From NCBI GenBank assembly GCA_964465375.1, contig CAYXIJ010000007.1:2212-66211 (forward strand): DNA of 64,000 nt, read 5' to 3'. Under the pieces are notes generated by a model. It ran no database searches. It had not been told where the DNA came from and saw nothing but the letters and a program-made list of their open reading frames with translations. Every line of letters starts with the position of its first letter. The stretch's first letter is position 1. The DNA comes from an uncultured Gammaproteobacteria bacterium. GTDB taxonomy: Bacteria > Pseudomonadota > Gammaproteobacteria > Steroidobacterales > Rariloculaceae. Below are positions 52,441 through 62,280 of the stretch, one piece after another. The position numbers and the translations under genes were made by a program.

Positions 52441-54276
52441 GTGAGTCGGGGGCTTTGTGATCAGGTATCATTCACATTCCTAAAATGGAGTAGCTCGATC
52501 AGACTCACTCTCCTTATAGTCATCACCGGCCTGGTAGCTTGCGCATCAGTACCAGCCCAAAATCAATCCGCCCGAAAACGCGTGGATGTTGATTCCCATG
52601 TGCTTCTGGCGGAAATTGCATGGAATCGGCAACAATTTGAGGAGGCTGTAGGGCATTATCTAGCAGGCTCTAACATTTCTGAAGACCCCGCATTGGCAGA
52701 ACGCACCTCACTCGCAGCCCACCAATTTAACCTTAACAACATCGGCCTCCAAGCCGCTAATCGTTGGCTCAATCTGAGCCCGACGGATCCCCGGGCACAT
52801 CAATTTCTTGGAATATTTGAATTTCGTTCAGGAAATTTGGAAAGGACCCATGAATTGTTCACTGACCTGATGAGTTTGGATGAAAATAAAACTGCGGGGC
52901 TTGAGCTAATAGTAGAAGGATTGGTTAATGAGGAGGACACTGAAGACGCTATGGCCGTGCTAGGCCGCGTTGTCGGGGCGCATGCAGATATTGCTACCGG
53001 GCGCTATGGGTTGGCCCAAATAGCTCTGCGTTCTGGTGACTTTGAGAAAACACTGATCAACGCTGAACTGGCGGCAACCTTGGCACCCGATTGGGTCGCT
53101 GCGCAACTTTTGTATGCCCGAACTCTACTCGTTGTTGGGCGTACCGAAGATGCACTAGAGCTTGCAGGGCATTTTGCACAAGAGCAACCAACAGTGGCAG
53201 TGCGCTTGCAATACGCTGAACTCCTAATCTCAGCGGGACACGGAAGTGAAGCCCGAGAAATACTTCACATTATTCTAGAAGAAAATCCTGGTCACACAGC
53301 AGCTGTCAGGGCCTTAGGGTTTCTTTCATTAGCAGAAAACGACCTCGAGACTTCCAGAAATTTCTTCAACGAACTGAGGGCGGAGCCACGCTATCGAAAT
53401 GAAGCATTTTATTACCTAGGGCGTATTGCCGAAAATAATGAAAATTTCCTCCAAGCTATGCGCTCCTACTCACGAGTGACAGAAGGTGTAAATGCTGTCG
53501 AAGCCCAACTTAGGGCCGCTAACTTACTCTTTACGCGACTAGGTGATTCTGAAAGTGCTCTCCAGCATCTAAAGGATTTCGGTGCTGCTAATCCAAACTA
53601 CAATACTGAAATGGTTGTCGCTGGGAGTGAAGTGCTGGCTAGAATGGGTCGAATTGACGACGCAATGAACCTGATTAACAAGGCCCTGGAAGAAGATACG
53701 GAGGATGAAATTCTGCATGATGCCCGTGTCCAGCTCTACATTGCCATGGCCCAAAAAGCCGAGAACCAGCTGAGCCTAGACGAAGCTCAAGCACTGCTCA
53801 GAAAGGGCCTCAGACTTTATTCTAAGAACACGTCGCTTCGCTATGCCCAAGCGCTCATCTATCAGAAGCAGGGCCGTATCCGAAGGGCCATAAACATATT
53901 GAGAAACCTAGTTGAGGAAAACCCCAACGACGCAGGGTTATTGAACGCGCTGGGTTACTTGATAGCAGACCAAGGACGCCAACATCAGGAAGCACGAGCT
54001 TATATACAAAAAGCACTAGCAATAGAACCAGATAACCCAGCCATTATTGATAGTATGGGATGGGTACTTTTTCGTTTAGGTCAATATAAGGCGGCATTAG
54101 ATTATCTAGAGCGTGCATACCGCTTATTTCCTGATCCCGAAATTGCAGCCCATTTGGTAGATGTGTACTGGGTAGAAAACAGAAAAAACCAAGCGTTAAA
54201 ATTACTTGAAGAAGCACTTCAAGATAATCCTGACAATCCACTTCTCATGGAGGTCAAGCGGCGTATTCAGCCATGA
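52441..54276 (+). CDS. TPR-repeat lipoprotein
   Basis: 611 aa, GTG start, lipobox LVAC. Many TPR-like helical repeats. Same position as the TPR gene that precedes lolB in Pseudomonas-type gene order. Confidence 0.75.
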   Translation: MSRGLCDQVSFTFLKWSSSIRLTLLIVITGLVACASVPAQNQSARKRVDVDSHVLLAEIAWNRQQFEEAVGHYLAGSNISEDPALAERTSLAAHQFNLNNIGLQAANRWLNLSPTDPRAHQFLGIFEFRSGNLERTHELFTDLMSLDENKTAGLELIVEGLVNEEDTEDAMAVLGRVVGAHADIATGRYGLAQIALRSGDFEKTLINAELAATLAPDWVAAQLLYARTLLVVGRTEDALELAGHFAQEQPTVAVRLQYAELLISAGHGSEAREILHIILEENPGHTAAVRALGFLSLAENDLETSRNFFNELRAEPRYRNEAFYYLGRIAENNENFLQAMRSYSRVTEGVNAVEAQLRAANLLFTRLGDSESALQHLKDFGAANPNYNTEMVVAGSEVLARMGRIDDAMNLINKALEEDTEDEILHDARVQLYIAMAQKAENQLSLDEAQALLRKGLRLYSKNTSLRYAQALIYQKQGRIRRAINILRNLVEENPNDAGLLNALGYLIADQGRQHQEARAYIQKALAIEPDNPAIIDSMGWVLFRLGQYKAALDYLERAYRLFPDPEIAAHLVDVYWVENRKNQALKLLEEALQDNPDNPLLMEVKRRIQP

Positions 54277-54863
54277 AAATCCGAACAATATGGCCTGCCC
54301 TTGCTGTAGCCTTAGCCGGCTGCGTCCATACTCCTACAGCTGAAGATGGATTGAGTTATGAACAGCACCGAACCCAACTCGAAAACCTTGAAAGCTGGCA
54401 TATGAGCGGTCGAATTGCAGTAGACACAGGCGAACGTGCCTATCAAGGCCGATTCCAATGGCGACAACATGGCGATAGCGTAGAATTCTTAGTTCGGGGC
54501 CCAATTGGTGTAGGCCTGATGCAGATCAAGGGCCCAATGAATTCACTCACCGTAACGAGCAACGGTAAAACTTGGCAACTAGAGGATCCCGAAAAGGATC
54601 TTTCCGAATTAATGGGATGGTGGCTACCAATTAGCAGTCTACGCAACTGGTTAATAGGCATACCAGACCCCAGCTACGCAGGTATTGAGACTTTTGGGCC
54701 AGCGGGTGCTATCGAATCTCTCAATCAACGATTTTGGGAGTTACACTTCAAAAATTATCAATTATCAGCTGGTTTGATGCTTCCAAGTCGCGTCGACCTT
54801 AGTCATAAAACACTACAACTCAGGGTTATTATTGATAACTGGACACCAGACACCTTGAACTGA
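54273..54863 (+). CDS. lolB: outer-membrane lipoprotein insertion protein LolB
   Basis: 196 aa, lipobox LAGC. WHMSGRIAV...QGRFQWRQ pattern. The call rests partly on synteny (TPR-lolB-tRNA-Gln-prs). Confidence 0.75.
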   Translation: MKIRTIWPALAVALAGCVHTPTAEDGLSYEQHRTQLENLESWHMSGRIAVDTGERAYQGRFQWRQHGDSVEFLVRGPIGVGLMQIKGPMNSLTVTSNGKTWQLEDPEKDLSELMGWWLPISSLRNWLIGIPDPSYAGIETFGPAGAIESLNQRFWELHFKNYQLSAGLMLPSRVDLSHKTLQLRVIIDNWTPDTLN

Positions 54864-54899
54864 ATAGCTTACCCGCAGGACAATACGGGGAAAGCCGAA

Positions 54900-54974
54900 T
54901 GGGGTGTAGCCAAGTGGTAAGGCAACGGGTTTTGATCCCGTGATTCGCAGGTTCGAGTCCTGCCACCCCAGCCA
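54900..54974 (+). tRNA. tRNA-Gln (anticodon UUG)
   Basis: Acceptor TGGGGTG/CACCCCA, anticodon arm ACGGG-TTTTGAT-CCCGT, T arm with GGTTCGAGTCC, discriminator G, encoded CCA. Confidence 0.9.
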
Positions 54975-55008
54975 CTTTGTATTTTGTAATTTTTAATAGG
55001 AGACTGCC

Positions 55009-55962
55009 TTGGACCCGGGGACAACAACTGTATTCTCAGGCAATGCCCATCCATCTCTAGCCAGTGACATCGCCCATCACCTACATTTGCCCTTGGGCAA
55101 AATCAGTGTTGGGCGCTTCAGTGATGGTGAAGTAAACGTGGAAATCATGGAGAACATTCGTGGTCGAGACGTTTATCTGGTGCAATCCACATGCCCCCCA
55201 ACGAACGATAATTTGGTGGAGCTACTCGTGATGGCAGATGCCTGCCAGCGGGCATCAGCCGCACGAATCACTGCCCTGATGCCATATTTTGGGTACGCCC
55301 GCCAGGACCGCCGCCCGCGCGCCACTCGCGTACCTATAACAGCTAAACTTATTGCCAACCTGATCGGTTCGTCTGGCATCGGACGAGTTCTTACCGTGGA
55401 TTTACATGCTGATCAGATCCAAGGGTTTTTTGATATCCCAGTGGACAACGTTTACGCCTCACCTGTACTGCTGGGTGATGCGTGGAAACAAGAGTATAAG
55501 GATATGGTAGTAGTATCCCCAGACGTAGGAGGCGTAGTTCGGGCCCGAGCCCTCGCAAAGCGCCTTGATGATGCAGACCTAGCGATCATCGACAAACGGC
55601 GGCCGCAAGCCAATATGGCTCAGGTTATGAACGTGATTGGTGAGGTTTCTGGCAAAACCTGTGTGCTTATTGATGATTTGGTCGATACTGCAGGAACTCT
55701 TTGTGAAGCGGGCCGAATACTAAAAGAACGGGGTGCTGTGCGAGTAGTTGCCTATATAACGCATCCTGTACTATCTGGCCCTGCTGTTAAGCGGATTGAA
55801 AAATCGGAACTAGATGAATTAGTAGTCACCGATACCATTCCTCTCAGCAAAACGGCCAAGGCCTGTACCCGTATCCGCCAACTGAGTGTAGCGGAACTCC
55901 TTGCCGAAACAATTCGACGCATTAGCGATGCAGAATCTGTTAGTTCATTGTATCTGGACTAG
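55009..55962 (+). CDS. prs: ribose-phosphate pyrophosphokinase
   Basis: 317 aa, TTG start with AGGAG 6 nt upstream. [44 protein letters not shown]. Confidence 0.95.
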   Translation: MDPGTTTVFSGNAHPSLASDIAHHLHLPLGKISVGRFSDGEVNVEIMENIRGRDVYLVQSTCPPTNDNLVELLVMADACQRASAARITALMPYFGYARQDRRPRATRVPITAKLIANLIGSSGIGRVLTVDLHADQIQGFFDIPVDNVYASPVLLGDAWKQEYKDMVVVSPDVGGVVRARALAKRLDDADLAIIDKRRPQANMAQVMNVIGEVSGKTCVLIDDLVDTAGTLCEAGRILKERGAVRVVAYITHPVLSGPAVKRIEKSELDELVVTDTIPLSKTAKACTRIRQLSVAELLAETIRRISDAESVSSLYLD

Positions 55963-56041
55963 AAACCGTGTTACCACATTGCATTTGGACAAAATCCGAG
56001 TTGCCCTGCTATCATCCCGCGCCCTTAGAGAGGAAAGTGTT

Positions 56042-56746
56042 ATGAATGCCGATTTCGAGCTGGAGGTCAGCTCAAGAGACCTGAAAGGTAAGGGCTCAAG
56101 CCGACGCCTGCGTCGCTCAGGAAAAATACCGGCAGTAATTTATGGCGGTGGCGCAAAGCCCACGCCGATCACGCTAGATGACCATGCCTTAGCAAAACAA
56201 ATGGAACAAGAAGCTTTCTTCACAAGCATTCTGAATATTGTTCTCGACGGTAACCCTCAAGCCGCGGTAATTAAAGAGGTGCAACGTCATCCCTTTAAAA
56301 CACAAGTACTGCACCTTGATTTTCAGCGAATACTGGAAGACGAGAAAATAAATCTGAACGTTCCTATACATTTCCTTGGTGAAGAAACGGCCAAAGGTGT
56401 CACGGAAAGGGACGGAGTGCTTGCTCGACTTGTAACGGAAGTAGAGGTAGCCTGTCTGCCCAAGGATTTACCCGAATTTTTAGAACTAGATGTATCGGAG
56501 CTGGATCTCAATCAAGTTCTACTTTTATCCGACATAACCCCCCCAGAAGGTGTTGAGTTGGTACCACTGTCTCATGACCAAGATGGTCCGGTGGTAGGTA
56601 TCAACCCAGCGCGCCAAGAAGAAGAGGAAGAAATCGAGGTTGAGGAGGATGAGATGTTGGCCGAGGGCGAAGAGGCTGAGGAAAGCTCTGAGGAAGAAGA
56701 AACCGCAAAAGGCGAAGAAACGCCTAAGGAGGATCCCTCTAGTTGA
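56042..56746 (+). CDS. rplY: 50S ribosomal protein L25 / general stress protein Ctc, with an acidic C-terminal tail
   Basis: Start moved to ATG 56042; the ORF-track start overlaps prs. GKGSSRRLRRSGKIPAVIYGG and QRHPFKTQVLHLDF. The C-terminal 40-plus residues are Glu-rich. Confidence 0.9.
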   Translation: MNADFELEVSSRDLKGKGSSRRLRRSGKIPAVIYGGGAKPTPITLDDHALAKQMEQEAFFTSILNIVLDGNPQAAVIKEVQRHPFKTQVLHLDFQRILEDEKINLNVPIHFLGEETAKGVTERDGVLARLVTEVEVACLPKDLPEFLELDVSELDLNQVLLLSDITPPEGVELVPLSHDQDGPVVGINPARQEEEEEIEVEEDEMLAEGEEAEESSEEEETAKGEETPKEDPSS

Positions 56747-56772
56747 ATACATAATATTCCCGAGATTTTTAA

Positions 56773-56795
56773 GGCCGCCCCAGGGCGGCCTTTTT
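56773..56795 (+). terminator. rho-independent terminator after rplY
   Basis: GGCCGCCC-CA-GGGCGGCC perfect GC-rich hairpin followed by TTTTT. Confidence 0.75.
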
Positions 56796-56867
56796 ACTAA
56801 GAAGAAATTACAAAAACTGCTTAACAATAACCACCACACTTACACCTAAATGCTAGGATGGGGTGCA

Positions 56868-57500
56868 ATGAAAACTAAAATCGATTTAATTGTCGGATTG
56901 GGTAACCCAGGGACACAGTACCTCGCTACCCGTCACAATGCAGGATTTTGGTTCATAGACCTACTGTCCCAAAAATACACTGGGATATTCCGCAATGAAA
57001 AAAGGTTTCACGGAGATGTCGCACAAATCAGCATCGACAACCGGCGCATTTGGCTGCTAAAACCTCAGACTTATATGAATGAAAGTGGACGCTCCGTTGA
57101 AGCTATAACAAATTATTACGACATTTCTCTTGAAAGCACGCTCATAGCACACGATGATCTAGACCTTGAACCTGGTAGAACAAAACTTAAATTTTCCGGC
57201 GGCCATGGAGGACATAATGGTTTGCGGGATGTGGCTCGATGCGTTGGAAACGTTTTTTGGCGATTGCGCTTTGGTATCGGGCACCCAGGACCCGGGCAAC
57301 AAAAGATCGTGACCGACTACGTACTAAAACGCGCTTCCGGAGAAGATGAAACAAAAATTCTAGATGCAGTTGGATCTGCTGTGGAGATCATACCCATCTT
57401 TCTACAACACGGAGAAGGCAGAGCAAAGAACCTCCTTCACAAACAAGGTGCTGAAATAAATTTGGGGCAAGAATCGGTCGAATCAAGTACCCAAGAGTAG
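56868..57500 (+). CDS. pth: peptidyl-tRNA hydrolase
   Basis: Start probably ATG 56868 (MKTKIDLIVGLGNPG). TRHNAGF, GGHGGHNGLRD. Confidence 0.9.
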   Translation: MKTKIDLIVGLGNPGTQYLATRHNAGFWFIDLLSQKYTGIFRNEKRFHGDVAQISIDNRRIWLLKPQTYMNESGRSVEAITNYYDISLESTLIAHDDLDLEPGRTKLKFSGGHGGHNGLRDVARCVGNVFWRLRFGIGHPGPGQQKIVTDYVLKRASGEDETKILDAVGSAVEIIPIFLQHGEGRAKNLLHKQGAEINLGQESVESSTQE

Positions 57501-57505
57501 GTTTA

Positions 57506-58597
57506 GTGGGAATTGCTTGTGGAATAGTCGGCTTGCCTAATGTAGGCAAATCAACGCTTTTTAACGCGCTGACCCATTCCCAAGTCCCTGCAGAAAACTA
57601 CCCATTTTGCACTATCAATCCTAATGTAGGCGTAGTCGCCGTTCCAGACCATAGACTAGAAACTATCTCAGCTGTTGTAAAACCCAAGCGTAAGGTGGCC
57701 GCGATAATTGAGTTCGTTGATATCGCGGGTCTCGTGAAAGGTGCCTCCAAGGGCGAGGGCTTAGGCAATCAGTTTCTGACTCACATTCGACAAACTGACG
57801 CTATTGCCTGTCTCACGCGCTGTTTTGACAGCGAGAATATTGTTCATGTATCTGGGCAAATTGATCCGATTCATGACATCCAAGTGATCGACACCGAGCT
57901 CATGCTGGCAGACTTGGAAAGCTTAGAACAGAGTCTGGACAAAGCTGAGCGCCACGTGAGAAGTCAGGAAAAACAAGCGATTGCCAGACGAAACTTTCTA
58001 AAAAAGATTGTCAGCGAGTTAGGGAGAGGGAAACGAGCAAGGGACGTGGAGCTCGCGGTCGGCGAAATTCAATTCATGAAAGAAATGTCTCTATTAACAG
58101 CCAAGCCGATTATGTACCTGGCTAACGTCTCCGAGGAAAAATTAACAAAAAATCCTCTCTTGGAAAAAGTGCAAACTTACGCGAGACACATGAAAACAGA
58201 AATCATTACTGTCAATGCAAAATTGGAGGCTGATCTGGCCCAACTTGAAAATTCTGAGCGGTCGGGCTTTCTTTCCGAGTTCGGCCTTGGGGAGCCAAGT
58301 CTAACCAGAGTAATCCAATCTGCCTATCGTCTCCTGACACTCCAAACTTTCTATACTACTGGACCCAAAGAAGTTCGCGCCTGGACAATAAAGCGTGGCA
58401 CAACCGCTTACGAGGCTGCTGGATTGATTCACAAAGACTTTCAACGTGGGTTCATCCGTGCAGAAGTTACTAATCACAAGGACTTCGTGAAACTAGGCGG
58501 CGAACAAGGTGCCCGGGAAGCAGGAAAGCTTCACATAGAAGGCAAAAATTATGTAGTTCAGGGGGGCGATGTTATTCGATTTAGATTTAATGTTTAG
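57506..58597 (+). CDS. ychF: ribosome-binding ATPase YchF
   Basis: 363 aa, GTG start. GIVGLPNVGKSTLFNALT P-loop, FVDIAGLVKGAS and a C-terminal TGS/YchF domain (RAWTIKRGTTAYEAAGLIHKDFQRGFIRAEV). Confidence 0.95.
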   Translation: MGIACGIVGLPNVGKSTLFNALTHSQVPAENYPFCTINPNVGVVAVPDHRLETISAVVKPKRKVAAIIEFVDIAGLVKGASKGEGLGNQFLTHIRQTDAIACLTRCFDSENIVHVSGQIDPIHDIQVIDTELMLADLESLEQSLDKAERHVRSQEKQAIARRNFLKKIVSELGRGKRARDVELAVGEIQFMKEMSLLTAKPIMYLANVSEEKLTKNPLLEKVQTYARHMKTEIITVNAKLEADLAQLENSERSGFLSEFGLGEPSLTRVIQSAYRLLTLQTFYTTGPKEVRAWTIKRGTTAYEAAGLIHKDFQRGFIRAEVTNHKDFVKLGGEQGAREAGKLHIEGKNYVVQGGDVIRFRFNV

Positions 58598-58631
58598 AAA
58601 AACCTAACCGGACAAGTGTCTTTTTGAATTT

Positions 58632-59993
58632 TTACAAACAAACTGCGTAAGAGGCTTCCGTTTTTTTCTCTATTTCTTTCTGCGTAGCGCCCGGCATCAC
58701 TTGAACCAACGTTAATTGCCCGTCGACAAAACGAAATTTTGCTAGATCAGTAATAACAACTGATACTGCACCGGCAACGGTCAAGGGAAGAGTACACTCT
58801 TTAACAATCTTTGATGCACCGGACCGATTGGTATGCGTCATCGTCACTATTAGCTTTTTAGCACCTGAAGCAAGATCCATTGCACCCCCAACACCCAAAA
58901 GTGGCTTACCAGGCACTGCCCAATTGGCGAGACTTCCGTGTTCATCCACTTGCAGACCACCCATCACTGCCACATCTATATGCCCTCCTCGTATCATGGC
59001 AAAAGAACTTGCGCTATCAAAGTAGCTACTACCAGGCAAAGCGGTAACAGGAATTTTCCCTGCGTTGACCGGGTATTCCATGGCACCCCCTGACTCTGGC
59101 TGTGGTCCCACCCCCAACATTCCATTCTCTGTATGCATGATGATGCCATGCTCCGGGGTGACAAGATTTGCCACTAGCGTAGGAATTCCAATACCTAAAT
59201 TAACGACGTCACCAGATTGAAGTTCCTCCAGTGCTGCTCGCGCCATATTCATGCGTGCTTCGTCAACTTTTTTTAAACTCCCCTCAACAGAAGCAGACAT
59301 TCCTAATTCATTCAAAGTTGTGTGGGCCTGAACAAGATAGTCCACAAAACATCCGGGCGTGTGGATCTCATTCGGATTGAGTTCTCCCACCGACACAATC
59401 TCCTCCGCTTCCGCGATCACAATTTTGCCGGCGGTAGCAGCAGCTTGATTAAAGTTGTTCTCAGTTCTGAGGTAAACAAGATTACCCGCGGTGTCCGCCT
59501 TCCAAGCCCGAAGTAGTGCAACATCTGCCTTCAGTGGAGCCTGAAAAACATGCTCTTTTCCATCCAGCACCTTTGTCTGCCGACCCTTAGCTAGAAGCGT
59601 TCCAGCGGCTGTGGGTGTGTAAAAACCACCAAGGCCCGCACCACCAGCTCGGATGGCTTCAGCCATGGTGCCCTGAGGCAGCACTTCCACTTCAAGGGAA
59701 CCCGCCTGTACTGCTTCAACTACCCCGGGGTTACTTGTGAAGTAAGAACCGATCACTTTGCTGAGTTGGCCGTTGCGCAACAAACGGTCAGCCCCTAGAC
59801 CAGGTTCACCGATGTTATTGCTAATCACTGTAAGATTTTTAATGTTGGTTTCAGTTATGGCATCCAGCAAATGCACTGGTACACCGGTCATACCAAAACC
59901 CCCAACAACCAGCACATCGCCGGATTTGACTTTACAGGCTGCATCTTGGGCAGAGAGTTGTTGTACGGTCTTCACGTTTTCTAGCCTTGCCAA
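58632..59993 (-). CDS. fused A+B subunit 3-oxoacid / acyl-CoA:acid CoA-transferase (family I)
   Basis: 453 aa. The N-terminal half is A-subunit-like ([37 protein letters not shown]). The C-terminal half is B-subunit-like ([22 protein letters not shown] carrying the catalytic Glu motif, GAMDL). Confidence 0.85.
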   Translation of the reverse strand: MARLENVKTVQQLSAQDAACKVKSGDVLVVGGFGMTGVPVHLLDAITETNIKNLTVISNNIGEPGLGADRLLRNGQLSKVIGSYFTSNPGVVEAVQAGSLEVEVLPQGTMAEAIRAGGAGLGGFYTPTAAGTLLAKGRQTKVLDGKEHVFQAPLKADVALLRAWKADTAGNLVYLRTENNFNQAAATAGKIVIAEAEEIVSVGELNPNEIHTPGCFVDYLVQAHTTLNELGMSASVEGSLKKVDEARMNMARAALEELQSGDVVNLGIGIPTLVANLVTPEHGIIMHTENGMLGVGPQPESGGAMEYPVNAGKIPVTALPGSSYFDSASSFAMIRGGHIDVAVMGGLQVDEHGSLANWAVPGKPLLGVGGAMDLASGAKKLIVTMTHTNRSGASKIVKECTLPLTVAGAVSVVITDLAKFRFVDGQLTLVQVMPGATQKEIEKKTEASYAVCL

Positions 59994-60077
59994 AAGGGTG
60001 CGAAATTATTGTTAAACATTTGGAGAGACGGTTTCATGACTCTCCGACCCGCTTCGCGGGCACCAAAAAATAGCTAT

Positions 60078-60905
60078 CTAGATTGGTTCACAGGGCACAG
60101 GGTGCCACGTCGAATTATCTGGGAGCTGTTTAAAACTTGAGCTTGTTATGAATTCCTGGGTCAGATACTCCGGATCTCGAACTATGGTAGTCACCGTAAT
60201 CCAGTCCTCATCGTAGGCACTGTGCCGGTCGAAATACTCCGTTACGACTGTATGCTCGCTGTAGGGAACCCCATTTCTGCGAAGATACCCTGGGGCTAAA
60301 TGACTTGTTATCACTTTAAGTGTTTGTGCTTTGCCTATCGCCCTCTCGCCACCAAATGATATTCTGTCAATTCCAATTGAGGCCTCACCCCAATGTGCTA
60401 CCGAATCACCCTGCAGTGTGGGTGCAGGCTTCGCCGCAAGAAGAGGATCAAAATGCAGAAGGCGGGTCTGGGCCCCATGATCGGTATCGACACGCAGCGT
60501 CTGGTCATCCTGCCAAGAAATATGTAATCGGGTCGGCATGCGCATAATGCCAGCTGCTCCATAGGGCCTGCAGGTATTTGAGTCAGCTTCAGGATTCCAA
60601 GTGTCCGCAACGCGCCGCCCCTCATCGTTTAGCGGAACACTCATGTAGTCTCCCTTAGGTGGAATCACCATGCGCCAACGCCAATCCTCAGTAACCACGG
60701 ATACCCAATACCCAGTCAAATCAATGGGCGCAACTTCCTGAGGAGAATTAGGATCATCCTGAGCCCAAGCAAATACCCCTACACCGAAACCCAAAAGAAT
60801 GAAAATCCCCCTCACAGCAAATCTGCACAACACATTTATTTTTATTCTCAACAATTTTCTACTCGAACTCACCGCCCCATTCCCAACCATCTGCAGGGCG
60901 CTCAA
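60078..60905 (-). CDS. exported protein of unrecognised family; paralog of 62281-63102
   Basis: ORF-track limits are given. The first 15 or so codons overlap the upstream gene, so the true start is probably an internal TTG or GTG near 60833-60854. Leader GIFILLGFGVGVFAWAQ. It shares blocks with the paralog: YW..V.ED...R, THLxxGxLRRNGxPxS, DPxYLxxxFI. Confidence 0.55.
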   Translation of the reverse strand: MSALQMVGNGAVSSSRKLLRIKINVLCRFAVRGIFILLGFGVGVFAWAQDDPNSPQEVAPIDLTGYWVSVVTEDWRWRMVIPPKGDYMSVPLNDEGRRVADTWNPEADSNTCRPYGAAGIMRMPTRLHISWQDDQTLRVDTDHGAQTRLLHFDPLLAAKPAPTLQGDSVAHWGEASIGIDRISFGGERAIGKAQTLKVITSHLAPGYLRRNGVPYSEHTVVTEYFDRHSAYDEDWITVTTIVRDPEYLTQEFITSSSFKQLPDNSTWHPVPCEPI

Positions 60906-61263
60906 TACTGAGCAGCCGTAGCCTATTATCTGCGGGGTTACGCCCAGGATTACCTATGATAATAACGTGATCACCAGGTTTGAGTGTATCTCGGCCAACG
61001 GACTGCCCTGCGAGTGCAGCAGCACCAGCCCACTCAACAGCCCACCTGCTAGTTTCACCGCCGTCATCCGTTACATTCACATGCACAAACGCATGGGGAT
61101 TCCGGTATAAAAAGGCTATCAATCGGCCTTCTACTGTCATCTGCTCATCGATATGATAGGTAGCGGGGAAAGAATGATGGGCTCCTACTGGCAGCCCGGC
61201 AATTAGTGTCCCCAAAAGAAAAATCACTTTCGATCTGATTCTCATTGCATCACCTTTTTTCAT
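60859..61263 (-). CDS. small exported protein, DUF6152-like (tentative); paralog of 11177-11551
   Basis: 134-aa ORF (alternative ATG at 61245). Signal peptide ...LLGTLIAGLPVGA followed by HHSFPATY. The TAATG junction overlaps the stop of the MBL gene. Confidence 0.6.
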   Translation of the reverse strand: MKKGDAMRIRSKVIFLLGTLIAGLPVGAHHSFPATYHIDEQMTVEGRLIAFLYRNPHAFVHVNVTDDGGETSRWAVEWAGAAALAGQSVGRDTLKPGDHVIIIGNPGRNPADNRLRLLSIERPADGWEWGGEFE

Positions 61264-62276
61264 TAATTGCCCTGATTAAGTCCTACATATACTGCTTCAA
61301 CAAACTGTCCGGTTGTCCAAAAGCCCGATTCTGTTCCATACCGCCCATCATAGTCTAACGTTGGCCGAGCATCTTGAATCTCTCGCAATGACATATCTTG
61401 ATCCACCATATACTGAATACGATCCTGTATGATAGTGAGCATATCCCGGTACTCGACCACATCGGCCTCATCACAAAGCCGCCCGTGACCAGGAATAACC
61501 ATGGTCCCACCTTCTTGTCTATCTGCAGGAACAGTTAACTCAAGGATTTTGTTCAATGCACCGATAACGCCTTGGATGCTACCGCCCCTAGCCAAATCAA
61601 TGTACGGGTAACCTGTAGTTACAAAAAGATCCCCTGTACTGATTACATCCGAACGCCTAAAAAATACAATGCTGTCGCCATCTGTATGGGCCGCAGGTTG
61701 GTGCAATACGCGGACAGCTTCACCATTAAAATAGACCTCTTTGTTGGAATTAAAGAAAGTATCCGTAGGCCACGCCTCAAATGGTGGCGGTGTTTCCTGC
61801 GAACTCATCCGGAACAGTACATTTTCATGAGCAATGATTGTGGCCGTATCAGCTGCGTCATCTATTAGTCCAGCAACATTTCCAGCTGCAAAATTGGTGC
61901 CAGCCTGAGCAAGAACGGCATTGCCACCAATGTGATCTGGATGCACGTGAGTGTTTATTAAATAACGGATGGGCTGATCAGAAAGCTCGCGGATAACATT
62001 CAACACCTTATCCGCTAACTCTGAATACATACTGTCGACTATTAGAACGCCCTCCTCGCCCACCTGAAGAGTAACATTACCGCCGGCGCCCACAAGCATA
62101 TAAACATTGCCTTGCACGTGGAGCACATCAATTTCGATGTCGTCAAAATTTAAGTTCAGCTGTCCATAACCGGTCCGCGGAGAAATCAACGCACTCCCTA
62201 AAAAAATAGGCGCCAAACAGGCAATCAATAACCAAATCGAGCGATTGAGAGGTATTTCAATCATTGCGAATTTCAT
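61263..62276 (-). CDS. exported metallo-beta-lactamase-fold hydrolase
   Basis: Start moved to ATG 62276, 4 nt after the upstream stop. Signal-like leader (IWLLIACLAPIFLGSALIS). HVHPDHIGG (HxHxDH), later AHTDGDS and PGHG. Confidence 0.8.
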   Translation of the reverse strand: MKFAMIEIPLNRSIWLLIACLAPIFLGSALISPRTGYGQLNLNFDDIEIDVLHVQGNVYMLVGAGGNVTLQVGEEGVLIVDSMYSELADKVLNVIRELSDQPIRYLINTHVHPDHIGGNAVLAQAGTNFAAGNVAGLIDDAADTATIIAHENVLFRMSSQETPPPFEAWPTDTFFNSNKEVYFNGEAVRVLHQPAAHTDGDSIVFFRRSDVISTGDLFVTTGYPYIDLARGGSIQGVIGALNKILELTVPADRQEGGTMVIPGHGRLCDEADVVEYRDMLTIIQDRIQYMVDQDMSLREIQDARPTLDYDGRYGTESGFWTTGQFVEAVYVGLNQGN

Positions 62277-62280
62277 TCTG

